Shown: positions 1 to 12,732, counted from the whole stretch's first letter. The stretch is DNA of 58,974 nt, filler included, from Diploschistes diacapsis (GCA_023645945.1; 5 parts of 5 records of this genome joined end to end with filler, not necessarily neighbours in it), one strand, 5' to 3'. Numbers and translations are program-made. Notes: generated by a model from the letters alone, not told the origin.

Positions 1-683
1 GGAGGTGGTGGAGGAAAGGGAGGAGCTGAGGTCGGCGGAACCGCCGGGCGCTGTGGTTGTGGTATTGCTTGTGCTTGTTCCGCCGCTGCCGCCGCCGGGA
101 TCGGGCTGGGAGGAGGAGGTGGTGGGAATGGAATTCGGATCGACAACGTCGACCTTGCACCCTGCCAGAACCACCGCTACTTTTTCCCCGGCGAGGGCCC
201 TCACGTCCCGCAGGAACGTCGGCAGTGCCTCGAAGCTCTTCTTGTCGCTCACGTCATAGCATAGGATTGCCCCCGCAGCGCCACGGTAGTAGCTCCTGCT
301 CACGGACCGGAATCTTTCCGTGCCGGCAGTGTCCCAGAGCTGCAACTTGATGCGCTGGCGCCGCGCGCCGGTGCCGACGCGGATGATCTTCGAGGCGAAC
401 TCAATGCCGATCGTTTGGGAGGTCAGGGGGCGCCAGGCGCTGTGGGTGAAGCGGTGCAGGAGGCAGGACTTGCCGGAGCCGGAGGGGCCGAGGAGGATGA
501 TTTTGATTAGGTAGTCGTAGAGGGGGGAGAGCTCCTGTTTTTGGGTGCATCGTGTTAGTGGGCCGAGTACGATTTGGTTCGATAGACTACGGTGAAGAAG
601 GGGATTCTATGGCTTACCTGCTCTGACTCGGTTGGCATGGAGCTCGTGTTTGAGACGTTGGAATTGCGGCGCTGGCGGGCCAT
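1..683 (-). CDS. Rab-family small GTPase, Rab4/Ypt4-like (3' end runs off window); exons 683-618 and 534-<1
   Basis: Manual translation gives MARQRRNS...SEQ|ELSPLYDYLIKIILLGPSGSGKSCLLHRF...TIGIEFASK...LQLWDTAGTERFRSVSRSYYRGAAG; GTAAGC donor and CAG acceptor. Confidence 0.9.
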
Positions 684-1003
684 TGTGGTAGAGAGGAAGA
701 AGAGGTGGGCGACGGATGATGTGTTGGTACAATGGAACACGAATTTTTGGTCATGGCAGGATAGCGGTTGGCAAGTGGATAGGAGGCTGGGGAGTCTATC
801 CTGACCCTTTCTCTTTGTCTTTGTAGCCTTCGAGCCTTCTTGCAACGTTGAGTCGAGTCGTCTTTACTAACAGATTGCCTTGGGCCTGGCATGGCCCATG
901 CACGGGTAAGCCGGGCAAGTCTTGCGAGGGTGTTTGCTTTTCTTTTCTATTCTTCCAGATGGTCACTCGTCCAAAGCCCCCCGCATCCCTGTTTTTGTAA
1001 TGT

Positions 1004-3661
1004 ATGTGGCCGTCTTTTCTGAACTTCCCTCGTATGGAGCATCATCTCCTGCCCCGATATCCTTCAGGTGAAGATGTAGAGGTACCTTACGTTTGCACTG
1101 AGCCTCATGATGGCGGGTACTCTGGGTTCTTCGAATACCTCATTCGAAAAGGTTACCCCTGGCTGGTTGCTCCACCCAGAGAAGAGGACTATCCGACGTT
1201 CAGCGTGGAAAGTTCAACGTACTTCATGGCTACACAGGAGCAAGAATCACTTTTTCAGAAATGGCTTTTCTTTGGCGTTCTTACCTCGTTTTTCAAGAGT
1301 CTATTCAAGCCGCATGAATTCATCAGAGACGGAAGCAATGGCTGTCAATATGTGACCACAGCTAAGCTGATCCCATTGATGCAATTGACATACGCCAATC
1401 GATTCAGCTACAGTGGTGAAGATGGACTAGTAAGGATCGCTAAGGGCAGAAGAGTACTTCGCCATGTCGACCAAGTCTTGATCCTAGCCAACGACGACTT
1501 TGATTGGCGAGTCAAGCTTTCTCTAAGGTCGGTCGGAGAGCTGTTGGCAGCTTACTTGGGTGTTGCCTCTAGAGTATTAGGAAACCCAATGCCCTTTCCA
1601 CCTTTGATGTTCTTTCGTCCATACATCCCTTCTTTCCTTTCATCTCGAATGCTCTCCGCTGGATGGTGTCCCAGCGAGATAGCTCCGCTACTCGACAAGT
1701 GCTCTTATTTCCAGACACTGGTCTTCTTTAGCAGATTGGCGAAGTCGGTTGGGGAGCGGGATCATTCATGCTGCACTCGGGATCTATGTAGGGTCCTAAA
1801 CATTGATTCAGCAACATTTGTCGCTAAGCATGCTTTGCCCGATTGCTCATGCGAAAAGGTCTCTGTGGGCAATGATGAGCTACGGAATATTATTCTTAAT
1901 GGAGGCGTGCCTCTCTTGAAGATCGACGTTGACAACGAGAGTGCAAGAATCGAAATAGTTGAATTCGGTCCCAACATGAACTATATGGCGCTGTCTCACA
2001 TCTGGGCTGATGGTCTGGGGAATCCGCATGAGAATGCTCTCCCACATTGCCAACTAAGGCGTCTGGCTACCATGTACAAGCTCGTGCATACGTGCCTAAA
2101 AACCTCGCAGGCTGGACTGAAAGATGAACCTTTCTATTTGTGGATAGACACGCTCTGCTGCCCCGCCAAACAGGGTCAAGGAAAAGACATGGCAATAGGT
2201 CGCCTTCGAGATACCTACCGGAACGCAAAGTGTGTGCTCGTGCTAGACGCAGGCTTAGAAGCTATTGACCCTCATGACATTAGCTCCGCCGAGACCCTCC
2301 TCCGCATCTTTACCTCAGCCTGGACAAGAAGACTGTGGACGTTGCAGGAAGGTGTCCTAGCAAGGACGCTTTACTTCAAATTCAAGGACATCGTACTCGA
2401 TTATGATGCGATCGAGCAGTCTTTCAGGCACCTGACTAATGTGGACATTAGATATCTGTGCCTGGGGCATGATTTGCTATCACAAAACGTATGGATACGA
2501 CAGCTACAAGGCGTCTATGGATCTTCAGCCAACTCAACTGGAAATACCGCGGTTGGGGACAGTCTCTACCATATAGATTGCGGACTGCAATACAGGGCAA
2601 CAAGCGATCCCGCTGATGAAGCAACTTGCCTCGGCACGCTGCTTGATTTGCCATTGGAAGAAATCTTGAATATACAAGCGCACAAGGAATATAGGGTCGA
2701 GCAAGCTAGAATGGCAAAATTCTGGGAGCTGCTGGCTCGAAAGTTTGGTGGCCTTCCGCAGTCGTTGGTGATGCTCACCTACCCTAAGCTCGAAGTGCCT
2801 CCGTTTCGTTGGGCGCCCAGAACTCTTCTTCTTGACGAGTCCCGCAAGAAGGAGAATCGAAATGTAGCACGACTCGTGCGCTGGACGGACCCAAGGCTGG
2901 GCAGGATAGGTCCAGAAGGTCTCATCTGTCAATGGAGCGGTTATCTTCTCAAGCCCATGGCGGCTGAAACATTGAGCCGGATTATGGACCCTCATTTGGA
3001 TATTGCTCGAGCACTCAGAGGGCCGGTATGGTTCAGTAGTAGCGGTGGAGTAGTGCGAGGGATCTTCCCACTTGGAGCGTACGAGAATCCCGCGAACCCG
3101 GACAAGCTGAGTCCTTTCCTTCAGGTGGACAAGCGAGCCAGGAAGATAGATCATGGGCTATTTATGGAGGCCAACTACGCTGTAGCGATGGCAGGGCACT
3201 CGGTGATGGGAACCAGCACGGAATCCATGCGTGAAGGACTGCTCGGCACTGTCGAGGCTGGCAAAGACAGCATGCTTCTCTTTCAACCGGTAGCATTCGT
3301 CACGATAGCTTTGCCTATTGGCCCGTGGAAACAGGTATATAACGCAACCGAGACCATGGTCAGCAAAGTGCAGGAAAGACATGGCCTAGCAGCATGGAAC
3401 GATTTGAACACGACCAAAGACAAACTTGAAAAAGGCGTGCCGAAGTTGGATGTGAATGAGCTGGACCTCGAGATCGTAAGACGAGTTCGGCATGAGCTTG
3501 AGCAAGCATCGACTCTGCAAGCAGCCGTTGAAGGACTCTTAGACGAGAGGAACGACGTGAATAAGCCAGCCGAGTTTCTCGTGAATACTGTCAAGCAAAG
3601 TCTATTATATAGGATCGAGAGTGAAACGCTTGGGGAAGATACGCAGTGGTGCATTGGGTAG
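1004..3661 (+). CDS. HET (heterokaryon incompatibility) domain protein, intronless, 885 aa
   Basis: HET motifs YMALSHIWADGLGN, LWIDTLCCP, YRNAKCVLVLD, WTRRLWTLQEG; true start may be the Met at 1034. Confidence 0.85.
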   Translation: MWPSFLNFPRMEHHLLPRYPSGEDVEVPYVCTEPHDGGYSGFFEYLIRKGYPWLVAPPREEDYPTFSVESSTYFMATQEQESLFQKWLFFGVLTSFFKSLFKPHEFIRDGSNGCQYVTTAKLIPLMQLTYANRFSYSGEDGLVRIAKGRRVLRHVDQVLILANDDFDWRVKLSLRSVGELLAAYLGVASRVLGNPMPFPPLMFFRPYIPSFLSSRMLSAGWCPSEIAPLLDKCSYFQTLVFFSRLAKSVGERDHSCCTRDLCRVLNIDSATFVAKHALPDCSCEKVSVGNDELRNIILNGGVPLLKIDVDNESARIEIVEFGPNMNYMALSHIWADGLGNPHENALPHCQLRRLATMYKLVHTCLKTSQAGLKDEPFYLWIDTLCCPAKQGQGKDMAIGRLRDTYRNAKCVLVLDAGLEAIDPHDISSAETLLRIFTSAWTRRLWTLQEGVLARTLYFKFKDIVLDYDAIEQSFRHLTNVDIRYLCLGHDLLSQNVWIRQLQGVYGSSANSTGNTAVGDSLYHIDCGLQYRATSDPADEATCLGTLLDLPLEEILNIQAHKEYRVEQARMAKFWELLARKFGGLPQSLVMLTYPKLEVPPFRWAPRTLLLDESRKKENRNVARLVRWTDPRLGRIGPEGLICQWSGYLLKPMAAETLSRIMDPHLDIARALRGPVWFSSSGGVVRGIFPLGAYENPANPDKLSPFLQVDKRARKIDHGLFMEANYAVAMAGHSVMGTSTESMREGLLGTVEAGKDSMLLFQPVAFVTIALPIGPWKQVYNATETMVSKVQERHGLAAWNDLNTTKDKLEKGVPKLDVNELDLEIVRRVRHELEQASTLQAAVEGLLDERNDVNKPAEFLVNTVKQSLLYRIESETLGEDTQWCIG

Positions 3662-3999
3662 CCTTCAAGATGTTTTTCCTCGTCGGGTACAGAAAGCTTC
3701 TTAGGACACATCCTCAAGGCGGGCTCGAACGCTGATAACAGGGTAGGGTAGTACAGCATGGGGGTTATGACCCATTTTCAGGAACAGGCAAGAAGCTTGG
3801 GCCTCTATGAATGAAGCGGTTTAGTGCGGTCCAGATATTAGCACGTCGCACGTCTTTCTCTGGCAAATATCAAATACGGGGTGAAGCATGGGAATGGCAC
3901 TAATTTTTGGGAACAGTGCTAGAGGCTGTGTGGTGGCCAAGGGCAAGCCACCCTTTTCACACAGTGGAGATGAGATATTAGTTATTACCACGAAGAGGA

Positions 4000-4033
4000 A
4001 TTGACTATTGACTATTGACTATTGACTATTGAC
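4000..4033. repeat. 7-bp tandem repeat (ATTGACT)~5
   Basis: Directly visible. Confidence 0.9.
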
Positions 4034-4966
4034 CGTAAGCCACATATTGCGATATTCTCCATTATTGCGACAATAACTCTGTAGACGGAGCGATACAAGA
4101 GTTGCCACGGCTGGTTTTGCAAAGAATACGAGGCTCGACAACCCTGATCGAGGATTTCAATCCAAGCCAGTGGAGCTTATCGGAGAACCTAGACAAAGCT
4201 AGCGGTGCAGATCGGAAATGGGAAGTGCTTGGATGTGGTTCCTGTTTATCTACTCGGTGGAAAAGGCAGAGCAAGGGGCAGCTGGTGGTTGAGAAGTTGC
4301 CATCAACCGTTGACATGTGTGCTGATCCCACTGGGATCGACGAGAATGACAAGGAGTCTGATGAGGAAAAAGAAAAGATAGGAATTGGTGATTATGCAGG
4401 GCAGCAAGCACAAAGTAGTATCAATAGAGCCACCGTTTCCCAATAATATCAACCAGCCAGCCAGCCAGCCAGCCAGGGAAGCGGCCAACAACCGGTTTGA
4501 TATTGGCACTAGAGCTCAACCAACTCAAAGGTCTTTTGCACCCAGTCTGTCTCGTAACAGAGCAGTACAAAAGCAGAGCTCCTGCGACAGCATTCCCAGT
4601 ATCCAGCATCCATCCGTATTTCATTCATCCATCCTCCATCCTCCTCTCCTGCCCGCTGGTTTGCCCACCCACGACTCACCGAAAGAACTCTTTCCAGCCG
4701 GCAGTTATCGACTGTAAGCATCTCCTTTTCCTCCCAGCTGTCAGCCAGAGGGCTTGTCGAGTAGTAAGCAGTGCCCCTCACTCACTCACACATAACATGA
4801 CGCTGAGGGGTACAGCGTTGCTTCGCTTGGTACTAGCTACTAGGCTTAAAAAATGTTCAACACTACACACTACACTGCAAACAAAGTTTGATAGCTGTTC
4901 TCACACACTAACAACTCCACTCCAGATCATCAAAGACCACAAAATCGGCATACAAGACACAACAGG

Positions 4967-5150
4967 ATGTCGGGCATAGCGGGCAAGGTCAACAGCGCCC
5001 TTCCTTCGCATCTAAAATCGCCATTGTCGCCATTGGGCAACGGTATCGACGGCGAATTCAGAAGCAAACACCATGGAAAGTCTCAGAGCCATGTTGTAAG
5101 CATACCTTGATTTTCTTTGCATTGAGAGACGTCAAGCCATTCCTGCAACA

Positions 5151-5182
<32 letters not shown>

Positions 5183-7115
5183 GAGCGATTGACTGCTCGA
5201 AGACGAATTACGGGAAACTGCTCGCAATTTCCTTGTACTTCTTGCCTGAGGCTGTCCTGCCTGTCCTGTCACCTCGAGCTGTCACCGGAGCAATGCTGGG
5301 GGAGAGCCCATGCTGGGAGCCCAGGGTTTACAGTGCCTCGAGGACTGCAGGCATTTGAGCTTCCTGAACACCTTTGCACCTGAAGGCCAGAGCTTGTTTG
5401 TTGCTCCTTTGAATCTTCTGCTTGACTATTTTTATTTTTATTTTTATGCCGGCATGACAGCTGTCGACACCTTCCTTGCATTGTTCCGCCCCCTCTTCTA
5501 ACACTCGAGATTGCAACACACACTTTACCTACAAAACCGTCTTCTCATTTCAAATGTCCGACCATTCAACCTCCGTACTTCAACCCTCGCAATGACTATC
5601 GAAAATATGACTGTTTACAGGCTAACGTCGCGCCCTCGGGCCAACACGCAGGCTTTCGAGAACACGTCGACCTCGGTGGCTGCCAGCCAGATGCGCAATG
5701 CCCTGAACCAGCTTGTCGACACGGTCCAAGACCCCGCAGAAAAAAAGAGGTTCGAGACGGAAATGGACAACTTCTTCGCACTGTTCCGCAGATACCTCAA
5801 CGACAAAGCCAAGGGCAACGCTGTCAACTGGGACCGTATCCAGCCACCGTCGCCGGGCCAGGTCGTCGACTACAACGACCTTCCAAACTCCGAGTCCGTC
5901 TCTTTCCTCAACAAGCTCGCCGTGATCAAGCTCAATGGTGGGCTGGGTACCTCGATGGGTTGCGTTGGCCCCAAGTCGGTCATCGAGGTCCGTGACGGCA
6001 TGTCCTTCCTCGACCTCTCGGTCCGTCAGGTCGAGTACCTCAACCGCACATACGACGTCAACGTTCCGTTCGTCCTCATGAACTCCTTCAACACCGACGA
6101 GGATACCAGCAACATCATCAAGAAATACGAGGGCCACAACATCGACATAGTGACCTTCAACCAGTCGCGGTATCCGCGCATCCTCAAGGATTCGCTCCTC
6201 CCCGCGCCCAAATCGTACAGCTCTCAAACTTCGGACTGGTACCCTCCCGGACACGGTGACGTTTTCGAGTCGCTCTACAACTCGGGCATCCTCGACAAAC
6301 TGATCGATCGTGGCGTCGAGATAATATTCCTGTCCAACACCGACAACTTGGGCGCCGTGGTCGATCTCCGCCTCCTGCAGCACATGGTCGAGAGCAAGGC
6401 CGAATACGTCATGGAGTTGACGGACAAGACCAAGGCGGACGTCAAGGGCGGCACCATCATCGACTACGACAACTCGGTCCGCCTGCTGGAGATTGCTCAG
6501 GTCCCGAGCGAGCACGTCAACGAGTTCAAGTCGATCAAGAAGTTCAAGTACTTCAACACCAACAACATCTGGATGAGCACGAAGGCCATCAAGCGTGTGG
6601 TGGAGAACAACGAGCTTGAAATGGAGATCATCCCCAACGGCAAGTCGATCCCTGCCGACAAGAAGGGCGAGTCGGATCTGTCCATCATCCAGCTCGAGAC
6701 CGCCGTCGGTGCCGCCATTCGCCACTTCGAGAACGCCCACGGCGTCAACGTTCCCCGCGCTCGTTTCTTGCCCGTCAAGACTTGCTCGGATCTCATGCTC
6801 GTCAAGTCGGATCTCTACACGCTCAAGCACGGCCAGCTCGTCATGGACAAGTCCCGCTTCGGTGGCGCTCCGCTGATCAAGCTTGGCACCAACTTCAAGA
6901 AGGTCAGCGACTTCCAGAAGCGCATTCCGAGCATTCCCAAGATCCTCGAGCTCGACCACCTCACCATCACCGGCGCCGTCAACCTCGGACGTGGCGTCGT
7001 CCTCAAGGGTACCGTCATCATCGTGGCAACCGAGGGCAGCACCATCGACGTTCCTCCTGGATCGGTGCTCGAGAATGTCGTTGTCCAGGGCAGCTTGAGA
7101 CTGCTCGAGCACTAG
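4967..7115 (+). CDS. UGP1: UTP-glucose-1-phosphate uridylyltransferase; exons 4967-5095 and 5652-7115
   Basis: [25 protein letters not shown] and C-terminal LRLLEH; exon 1 MSGIAGK...HHGKSQSHV splices (GTAAGC, GCTAAC branch, CAG) to [18 protein letters not shown]. Confidence 0.96.
5149..5181. repeat. (ACG)n microsatellite in UGP1 intron 1
   Basis: Directly visible. Confidence 0.9.
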
Positions 7116-7170
7116 TCCGTCCGTTTCTCACCATGCCTGCGTCGAGAGTGTTGTGGCGTCGGGGGGGGTG

Positions 7171-7270
7171 NNNNNNNNNNNNNNNNNNNNNNNNNNNNNN
7201 NNNNNNNNNNNNNNTTAATTAATTAANNNNNNNNNNNNNNNNNNNNNNNNNNNNNNNNNNNNNNNNNNNN
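7171..7270. other. Artificial contig spacer (N-TTAATTAATTAA-N)
   Basis: The same 100-nt spacer with stops in all frames occurs four times. Confidence 0.97.
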
Positions 7271-8612
7271 GTAGGGAATCGAGGGAGATGGGAGGGGAAG
7301 GGGAGGGTAGTTGAAAGGGCTGTGATTGGGTAGAGGAGGGGAAAAGTGATGTACCCGCTTTTCCTAGGGTTCTGGTTCTACTTATAATAGGGTCAGTACT
7401 TTTTATGTGCTGGATATCGGGGCACTCGGAAGCGAGAGCGAGAGAGGGGTTGGGGGGTCAAGCGATATTAACACTAGTTTTGGCACAGCAAACACCTTTC
7501 CCGCCCACATTATACTCTCGACACGAGATCCCCCCGGGATGCTTCAGAACCATTATAAAAACTTGAATCCGAAAGTCCAGGGGAGAGAGCTTCGGGTATC
7601 TCGGAGTTGTCTTTAAAATTGAGCTGGAAGCATCTCAGGGAGATCTTGCGTTGGACGTGTTCTAGATGGAAGAGGTGTTTTGTTTTTGCTGTGCAGACTT
7701 CTTGTTAAGGTGGCCTTGGGGGGGACGACGTGGTGAAAGTGAACGATATCTTTTTCCCGCTGATGGGGAGACGTTGGCTCACGAATCTTCTGTTTGATTC
7801 AGGACACACTCTCTCCATACAAATACTATAGGGCTGACAATTATTTTGCCTACACGTTTAAGTTAGGCTCGTATCACGTGACGACTATCTCCCTTTTCTC
7901 CATGTACTTCACACCTCATTTTCAGAGCTTGGATTATTAGCATCTAGTTGACCTTCTTTTGCGACATACTGTAGGAACTAGATATGGTGCTCCTAAAACA
8001 ACCGGCGAATCTTTTAACGCGTTCTCGGGGTGACTTGACCCGCGTTGTATCAAAACTCTTTCACGTTTTTCCATACCAAATACATACTTTTTTGATCACT
8101 TCATGGGTTATTATAAAAACGCTTTTTAGGGAATGCTTCGGGCCAATTATGACATAACGATTGAGATACTTGCAGGCGCTCCCCGAACTTTTAGATCCAG
8201 TTTCTGATAGACGTAATATCATCTTCTGAGCCATAAAGTGGTAGAAGAGGTACTCGGTGTGTGTAAATTATTCCTAATATCGTCTGTCTCATTGCGCCCA
8301 TTCAAAAGATATCTAACTCTAGGACTGAAGCTTACTTGGTCTGGCTCATGGCAAGTCACATCCTATCGGACACGTAGAGGTATTCTGGTAGTTACTCTTC
8401 TGCATTCAGTTGAGATTCTACATGAATGCATCAACAAGATCTAATGAGCCACTGACTAACTTAAGCACATAAACCGTAACAAAGGCACGGGGGAATCATA
8501 CAAAGCTTCACCCGAACCGGAACTCCAAGAGCCCTTACCGTCCGCCAATCCGTGCGCTACTATCGCCAAAGCCGCGAGGGGCTCGGGAAGAAGGTGGAAG
8601 ACACCTCAGTTA

Positions 8613-11087
8613 TCAGTACTCCTCCACGACCTCCGCCCGACTCAGCCTCGTACTTCCCCTCCCACTCCTCCTCACGGGCGCCGCGATGCTCTCCCGGGTG
8701 GGCTTCTTAAAGCTCTTCTTGGCCACCATATTGACCTCGTTCGGCAGCGCCACAATCACGTTCCGATCGCTACCGTATTTGAAGTCGTCTGCCTTTACCT
8801 CTTCCGCATATCGCTTGATCGTATACGGGTCCTTCCTACCGGCCAGCACCTTCTTCATGTTCCATGTGACAATGAACGGCCCCGTAGCAGAGATGATGCT
8901 TGTTTCCTGTTCCTCGACACCGGCGTTAAACCTGGCGGGCGTAAAGGACAGCGGGGCCTTGGTCTCGTGCTGGAACTGCGCTACGTGCGCGGGCGCAAGG
9001 GCCAGACGGCGGGGCTGGGGTTTGGAGTCCTTGGCAAAGGCCTTCTCAAAGCCGAGCTTACCAGCGTTCTTGCCATCCTTTTGGAGGGCATCGATGAGAA
9101 GAAGATAGGTGCGGCAGGTGGCGAGTACCCAGCGCCCGTCGGCGGAAACGTCGAGGCCGACGATGGGGTCGCCAAGGGCAGGAATGTGCGTTTTCGCGTT
9201 GATGCCAAGCCGGTCAAACATACGGATATCGCCCTTGTTGCTGGCGACGGCGATGTAGCCTTTTTCCGTTGTGGCAGCGGTGGAGAAGTCGTTTTTGGAA
9301 ACGTATTGTTTCAGTTCGGAATCGACGAGCTTGTTGCCGGCCAAGCGAGGGTCTACACGGTACAGGGCATTACGGGAAAGCCCAAGGAAGGTTTGTTCGC
9401 CAGTCATCTGAGAGAATTTCTGTTTCTGATTAGCGTACTTGAGGAGCTTAGGAAAAGGGGCCATCGTACCTTTTCCGGCGCAAAGGTCGTAATTGGAATA
9501 TCATCATGGACCTTCCACTCGTCAACCACCTTACCGTACTCAAGGTCCATACGGTAGAGAGAATGAGGATCTTTATCATTCTGGAGAATCATGTTCGTGT
9601 CTTCAGCATGGAGCATCACTTTCTTTGGGCTAAAGAGTTTGCCCTTTGGTGTCTCCACTTTAGAGATATTTGTCGAGAATTCAAGGTTGTTGTTCGGAGT
9701 ATGCTTGAAGACGCCGATCTTCGAACCACGAACAACAAATGACCGGTCATGCTTATAGCCTACTGCGAGCTGCGAGTTGACATTGCCATCGTCTTCATGG
9801 GTATCAACGTCGTCAGCAGACTCGTCGGTGTCATAGTGCTCGCTCTGTTGGCTCTCGTCCTCAGGTTCTTCGACCTCGGGCTCTTCCTCTTCGGTGGGAG
9901 TATCCTCCATGGTAAGATCCTGAAAGGCATCGAGAACATACTGCTTGTCGTCGTCCTTGGCCTTGATCCATTTCATCTCGTTGAGTTGCTCCCACAGAGC
10001 TTGCATCAAGCCCTCTTGAAACGTTTCCTCGGTCTGTTGATCTTTGAATCGTAGTAGCCACGAGTACGCTGAGCCATCCTCTGTATAATGGTTGAAGATA
10101 AAAGACAGGTACTCGAAATTGAAGACTGGATTCAGGTCCGCCACAATATCTTGACCTAGCCAGTCCTTCTCTTTACTTGATATTTGTAGCCAGTACTTCC
10201 AATCACCCGTCTCTGACACCGTGGCTATCACGTGCTGGTCTTGCAGTACGAAAGTCTGCGAATCAAAGTCGAACATGTGAAGTTCGGATTCCACCGCTAC
10301 CAACACCGCTTTCGATTTTGGCGCGGCACGTGAACGTGGAATAGCCACCATCTTGGGATCCTCGACTTTGAACTTGGTAGGTTCTTCCGGCTTCGCTTTT
10401 GAGCTTGGTATAAGCGAGGCAGGCACAGCTTTAGACGAGGGGCTTGACATAGGGCTTGCTGAGGGAATTGGTTGCGCCGTAAAGTTGAATTGCTCGAGGT
10501 CTTTCTCAGTGGCATTGTCGTTCGGTTTTCGATACTTTCGCTCGTACTGGCACTTGACTGCCACTATTTCAAATGTGCTTACTTCTGATGCTGGAACTGT
10601 AGTGTCGCAGACGAATTCAAAGACATCTCCTGGATCTCCGCTCAAATCTCGCCATGCTAAGACTTTATCCCCGCCGTCTCTTATTTCAGACCGGAATCGT
10701 AGCTCCTCGTCGAGTAGAAAGGTTTTCTCGTCTTTATCGGTCCCTAAAGCTTCAGTGAGTGAATCCTCGCCATTCTCCTCTTCTAATAGCTCTTCTTCGC
10801 CTTCCTCATATGCTCTTTGAACTACCAACTGATACTGATACTCTTGCCCTGTCCTTCTGATAGTTGCCGCGGCGTCTTTAAAGATAAGCTCGGAGTAGCC
10901 CTTTGGAGAAAGTGGTCGAACAAGATAGAGCTGCCCTTGGGGTATTTCAATGATCGACTCCTTTGAAGAGTCACCGAATAGGTACTTGGTCACTAAGAAT
11001 AATATATCATTAGCAAGGTTGACCGCCGCCGAGGTTTAGCGGGGCTCATGGCGGAGGGGTGATTTTACCATTACGGAGCATGAACAT
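8613..11087 (-). CDS. VID27: Vacuolar import and degradation protein Vid27; exons 11087-11069, 10992-9470, 9419-8613
   Basis: MFMLRNVTKYLFG start, IPQGQLYLVRPLSPKGYSELIFKDA, NSQLAVGYKHDRSFVVRG, MDLEYGKVVDEW; canonical introns join the two track ORFs. Confidence 0.93.
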
Positions 11088-11279
11088 CTTAATGGGTAGT
11101 GGAGCGCACCGTGCGATCAGCGCAGCACATCGAGGTCCTCGAAGATATTTTTAGAAGGTGTTGATATGATGCGATAAAAGAATGGTGTCTCGAACAAGTG
11201 TGTTTTATTCTCCGAGTTCTCGATGCAGGCAGAGAGGCGACGGCGTCCGCACAAATGACGGCATGGGCATATAAGTATA

Positions 11280-12556
11280 CAGTCACGTGCCAAAAGTAAT
11301 GGTCCCTACCTAAATTATAGTAGACATCATCAACTTTGGAGATGCGATGCGCACCCAAATAATGTCCTACAAATGCGCTTTTTAGATCATTTTGATGCCC
11401 TTTATTCGTAGTATCTATTAATACTTTGTTTGCCACCCCTGCGCGTCGTATACAGCCTGAATTCGCGTAGGCATCGAGTAAATTAATCGAGCAGGCAAAT
11501 CCCACTCCCTATCTACCGTAATTTAATCAAATGCCTCGATAATAGCAGCTTTTAAAGCCTGTTTCTTATTATCCTTGCTCTCACGTATTGTTTTAAGCTC
11601 TGAATAAAGCCGAAATACCTCCTCTTTTAATTTAAATCAAAGATGCTCTATAGCGTTCAAATCTAGACTATATAATGAATGATCGAGAATCTAGACGCCG
11701 AAACTCTTTAAAAACGTTTTAATAGCGTTTATAATATGTATAAAAATATTATTTTATAAAAAACTTTGCCCAGATTCGTAGATTTAAAACAAAATATCCC
11801 TTAATAAAACATAATAAGCCTCGACGGTAACATTTCGTTCATTTATATAATAATCTTCGAAAAAATATTACACGACGCATCTATCGACTCTTATATTAAT
11901 TTAAAATATAATATTTTTTTTATTTTTAATCGTTTTTACTAGATGATCGGGAAGTTATTGTTTTTTTATATGTCTTTATATTTATTTTCGTATTTTATTA
12001 TTTTTTATTGTTATGGAGCACTCGTCGGTAAACTAAATATTAATAAAATCCTCGGCGCGTTAAGTTCGGTGTATTCGGGAGTGCTTTAGACGTTTTTCCG
12101 TATTTTTAGATTTTAAATGTAATTTTCACCGTATCCTATATTTTTTGAAAGAGGGGTCGATGTCGCGGAATCTTCGGCGCACTATATTTTTATTAATAGA
12201 CGAGATATCGAGTAATTTAGATCATTTAGATTCTGGATGGCGTCTAGCCGTTCGATAAAGTTTATTTTTTTAATTTTCGGACGTTGTTCGAGGTCTTCCG
12301 GAGCGCTTTAGATTATTTTGGTTTTTATTACGTTCTGAAATCTTTGCTATTGTCTTTTTGGCTGTAGAATAAGGAATATTTAGTTTATTGATTGTATTTT
12401 TTAGGATAGTATCTGATTTGTATGCGTCTATAAGCTCAGAGCGCTCCTAGAGTTTCAAACGACGATATGGTGGCATTATTGTAGAAATAATAGTAGGCAT
12501 TTATTGTTTATTTGCACCGATTTAACCGAGGGACCATTACTTTTGGACTAGTACTG
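11280..12556 (-). mobile_element. Full-length RIP-inactivated Tc1/mariner DNA transposon
   Basis: ~28-bp TIRs (CAGT...CCAAAAGTAATGGTCCCT) flanked by TA on both sides; relic transposase motifs FTDECS (~12020) and YSLDLNAIEHL* (~11650, from SPDLNxIExxW); AT-rich. Confidence 0.9.
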
Positions 12557-12732
12557 TAAGTTGATCGATTTTGACCCAACACCTGACTGGTAGAGGGCCG
12601 GGGTAGCATCATATATATTCCGTTCTGCCCCGCCTCGTCTGGCTACCGACATTGTCACTTGGCCTACCAACCAGCCTCAAATGCTACAACTGATCTTCAG
12701 TGTCTTCAGTGAGGACACTCGTCACAGCTTCC

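Noticed and set aside
5107..5358. Poly-Arg ORF
   Set aside because: Product of the (ACG)n microsatellite inside the UGP1 intron
5622..7112. 496-aa antisense ORF
   Set aside because: Mirror of UGP1 caused by strong GC3 codon bias; no recognisable motifs
7171..7270. TTAATTAATTAA palindrome recurring four times
   Set aside because: Assembly linker embedded in Ns, not biological
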